64,000 nucleotides of DNA from Mobula hypostoma (taxonomy: Eukaryota): assembly GCF_963921235.1 (NCBI RefSeq), contig NC_086108.1:69876001-69940000 (forward strand). The letters are read 5' to 3'. Position 1 is the first letter of the stretch. Each line of letters opens with the position of its first letter. The notes under the pieces are model-generated. The model saw only the letters and a program-made list of their open reading frames with translations, was not told the origin of the DNA and did no database searches. This document shows, piece after piece, positions 62,146 to 64,000 of the stretch. A program made the translations under genes and the position numbers.

Positions 62146-62335
62146 AGTTGTCGTTCAGTCATTAAGTCGAGTCCAACTCTTTGTGACCTTTTCATGGCAA
62201 GATATGGAAGTAGGTTGCCAGGCCTTTCTTCTGCACGGATAGTGCTGCTGCCCGGGTTGGAACCTGGCTGGGTTTGAACTCAAGACCATCTACCTTGAAG
62301 TCCAATGCTAATGCCACTACACCACCAGCTGGTGT
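62146..62335 (-). mobile_element. tRNA-derived SINE with RTE-like 3' part
   Basis: Minus strand TGGTGTAGTGG A box, GAGTTCAAACC B box, and GGCAACCTACTTCCATATCTTGCCATGAAAA..GACTCGACTTAATGACTGAACGACAAC tail. Confidence 0.65.
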
Positions 62336-62599
62336 TGCAATTCCTATGAAATAGGGTATGACATACAAAGGGGTAAAGTTCAGGCCATAGCTACAGGATC
62401 ATATCAGCGTTGAGGCAAGTAAAGCCTCATGGACTAGAGAGCTGAATACTAGTTTATCCTTCACCCTCAGCCTTGATGCCTTAATCTTAAATCTGGCTCA
62501 GCACTTTAATCAGCTAAATGTGGGTTCATTTGCCACACTTGGGCATGGGCTCTGCCACTTCAATCCAGCCTGAAGTCTGCTCCAGCAATAGGTTTCGCG

Positions 62600-63560
62600 G
62601 CCATACTTGCATTCTCGAGAATCAAATTAGCCGAATCCTTCAGCATACCGCAAAAATGCCTGTTCAAAAAGCACGTCCCTAATAGATGAAACAGCTAAGA
62701 ATGTGGAAGGCACATTTTGCAATATACTTAGCACAACAGAACTTGCTCTGCAGTTGGATGAGTCAATTGGAACTGGAAAATAAAAAAAATTCCAGAGCAG
62801 ATTTTTGATCTCCAAGTTTAACAAAATAAAATCTTCAGGCAAAAATCAATCTTTTTTTTGTACCATGTGGTGTGGGCTCATCAACCATTATGAATGATGC
62901 ACAAATCATTAAATACTGTTATCACAGCAGTAAATAAAATCATCCCATGCTCTCAGTTCTCAGCTATTTTGAGAGCTTTGCATTGAAAAGGACAAACAGT
63001 TTACACACTTGCTGATGCACACAGAAGTCAGATGGCTCTCAAAATAGTCTGCAATGCTTTTATTCACTTTTTGAAACTGATAAAATTCTTGGAAGACTCA
63101 AATGCTTCATTCAGTAATCAATCAAGACTGTTATGCATGGCATTTTTTATTTATCAGAATTATCCATGAAGTTTAATTAACTCAATCTTCAACACCAATC
63201 TGAATTTCATCAAAGTCAAATCAGTTGTCTCCACATTTCTGTCCAAGTTAATCCTATTTAAGTGCGATATTGACCTTCAAAACCTTTTCCAATTTCCGAG
63301 CTTCTGAGTTGGAAGAGAAAGAAAGAAAGAATACCAGATGACGACCTTCAAGAACAGTGTACTGTGCCTTCTTGGGTCAGCTGCATAAACAGGTGTCCGA
63401 GAAACTTAAGGTTCTTCTCTCAATCCAAATTCTTGAACACTTGTAATGATGAATTAACACATTTGAGTATCTTCCTCCAAAACAGAACAAGGACAAACAG
63501 TAACTGGAGTAACTTGTTCACATGGAACGAGTATCCATTCATCAAAATGGTACTTTTGGA
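62600..63560 (+). mobile_element. Degenerate hAT (Charlie/Buster-like) transposase remnants
   Basis: LALQLDES (~62740-62765) and LLMHTEVRWLS (~63010-63042) motifs; possible TIR CAGTGGTTCCCAAA at 61761. Confidence 0.75.
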
Positions 63561-63689
63561 GAAAAGGGGGGAAAAGATCAGAGGAATACACACAGTTGTC
63601 ATGGACTTTTATCAGTCTTTCTCAACCAAAAGCCCTGTAAGAACCATGAGATCTGCGATCTGCAATCTGCTGAGCACCAGATCAGTAGC

Positions 63690-64000
63690 GCTCAGTCCTG
63701 ACAACCAGTAAAGTGCAAGAGGCCCAGGTACGACCTTCAGAAAGCCATGTCACAAGCAAAATGGCAATCCAGACCAAACATGAATCACTGAAGGATGCTT
63801 GACAGCTATGGCTGGGGTTGAATACCATCACCTTCTACGAACTGAAAGCAAGCAACATAGATGACAACAGGATTTTGCTCTCAAATGAGATCAATGCCTT
63901 CTATACCTGCTTTGAGTGTCAAAACATGGAGGCACTTTATGACTTCCCATGGCCCTCAAAGATCATGTAATTTCAATCTCTGATGCCAACATGAAAGCAT
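63690..64000 (+). mobile_element. Rex1/Babar-like LINE fragment
   Basis: Similar to the region of the 35564-37590 copy encoding ..ELNAFYA.F..NMEE. Confidence 0.6.

Noticed and set aside
61050..64000. Further upstream NRDC exon (GHEGKGSILS region)
   Set aside because: I could not find a matching minus-strand exon; it is probably beyond the window end.

Overview
Vertebrate genomic DNA, most likely from a cartilaginous fish (ray or shark); this is inferred from the repeat content and protein divergence, not proven. Two host genes lie tail-to-tail. OSBPL9 (+) has its last 6 coding exons here (stop at 12590-12592), and NRDC/nardilysin (-) has its last 20 coding exons (stop at 16002-16004). I reconstructed both by hand from splice sites and phase continuity; the ORF track misses most exons. 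The introns are densely filled with transposable elements: two ~99% identical young CR1 LINEs with open RT frames, older CR1 and Rex1/Babar LINEs, a Sleeping-Beauty-like Tc1 element whose left end was replaced by an inverted copy of its right end, two more Tc1 copies, hAT elements, tRNA-derived SINEs and a Gmr1-like Gypsy LTR element. The most interesting signal is a family of 80-330 bp, TSD-flanked, often fold-back insertions derived from Penelope-like element termini. They carry minimal hammerhead ribozyme motifs, one apparently complete (31318-31355), and one fold-back copy has captured a piece of CR1 ORF2 in its loop. No prokaryotic systems, CRISPR arrays, rRNA or true tRNA genes were seen.
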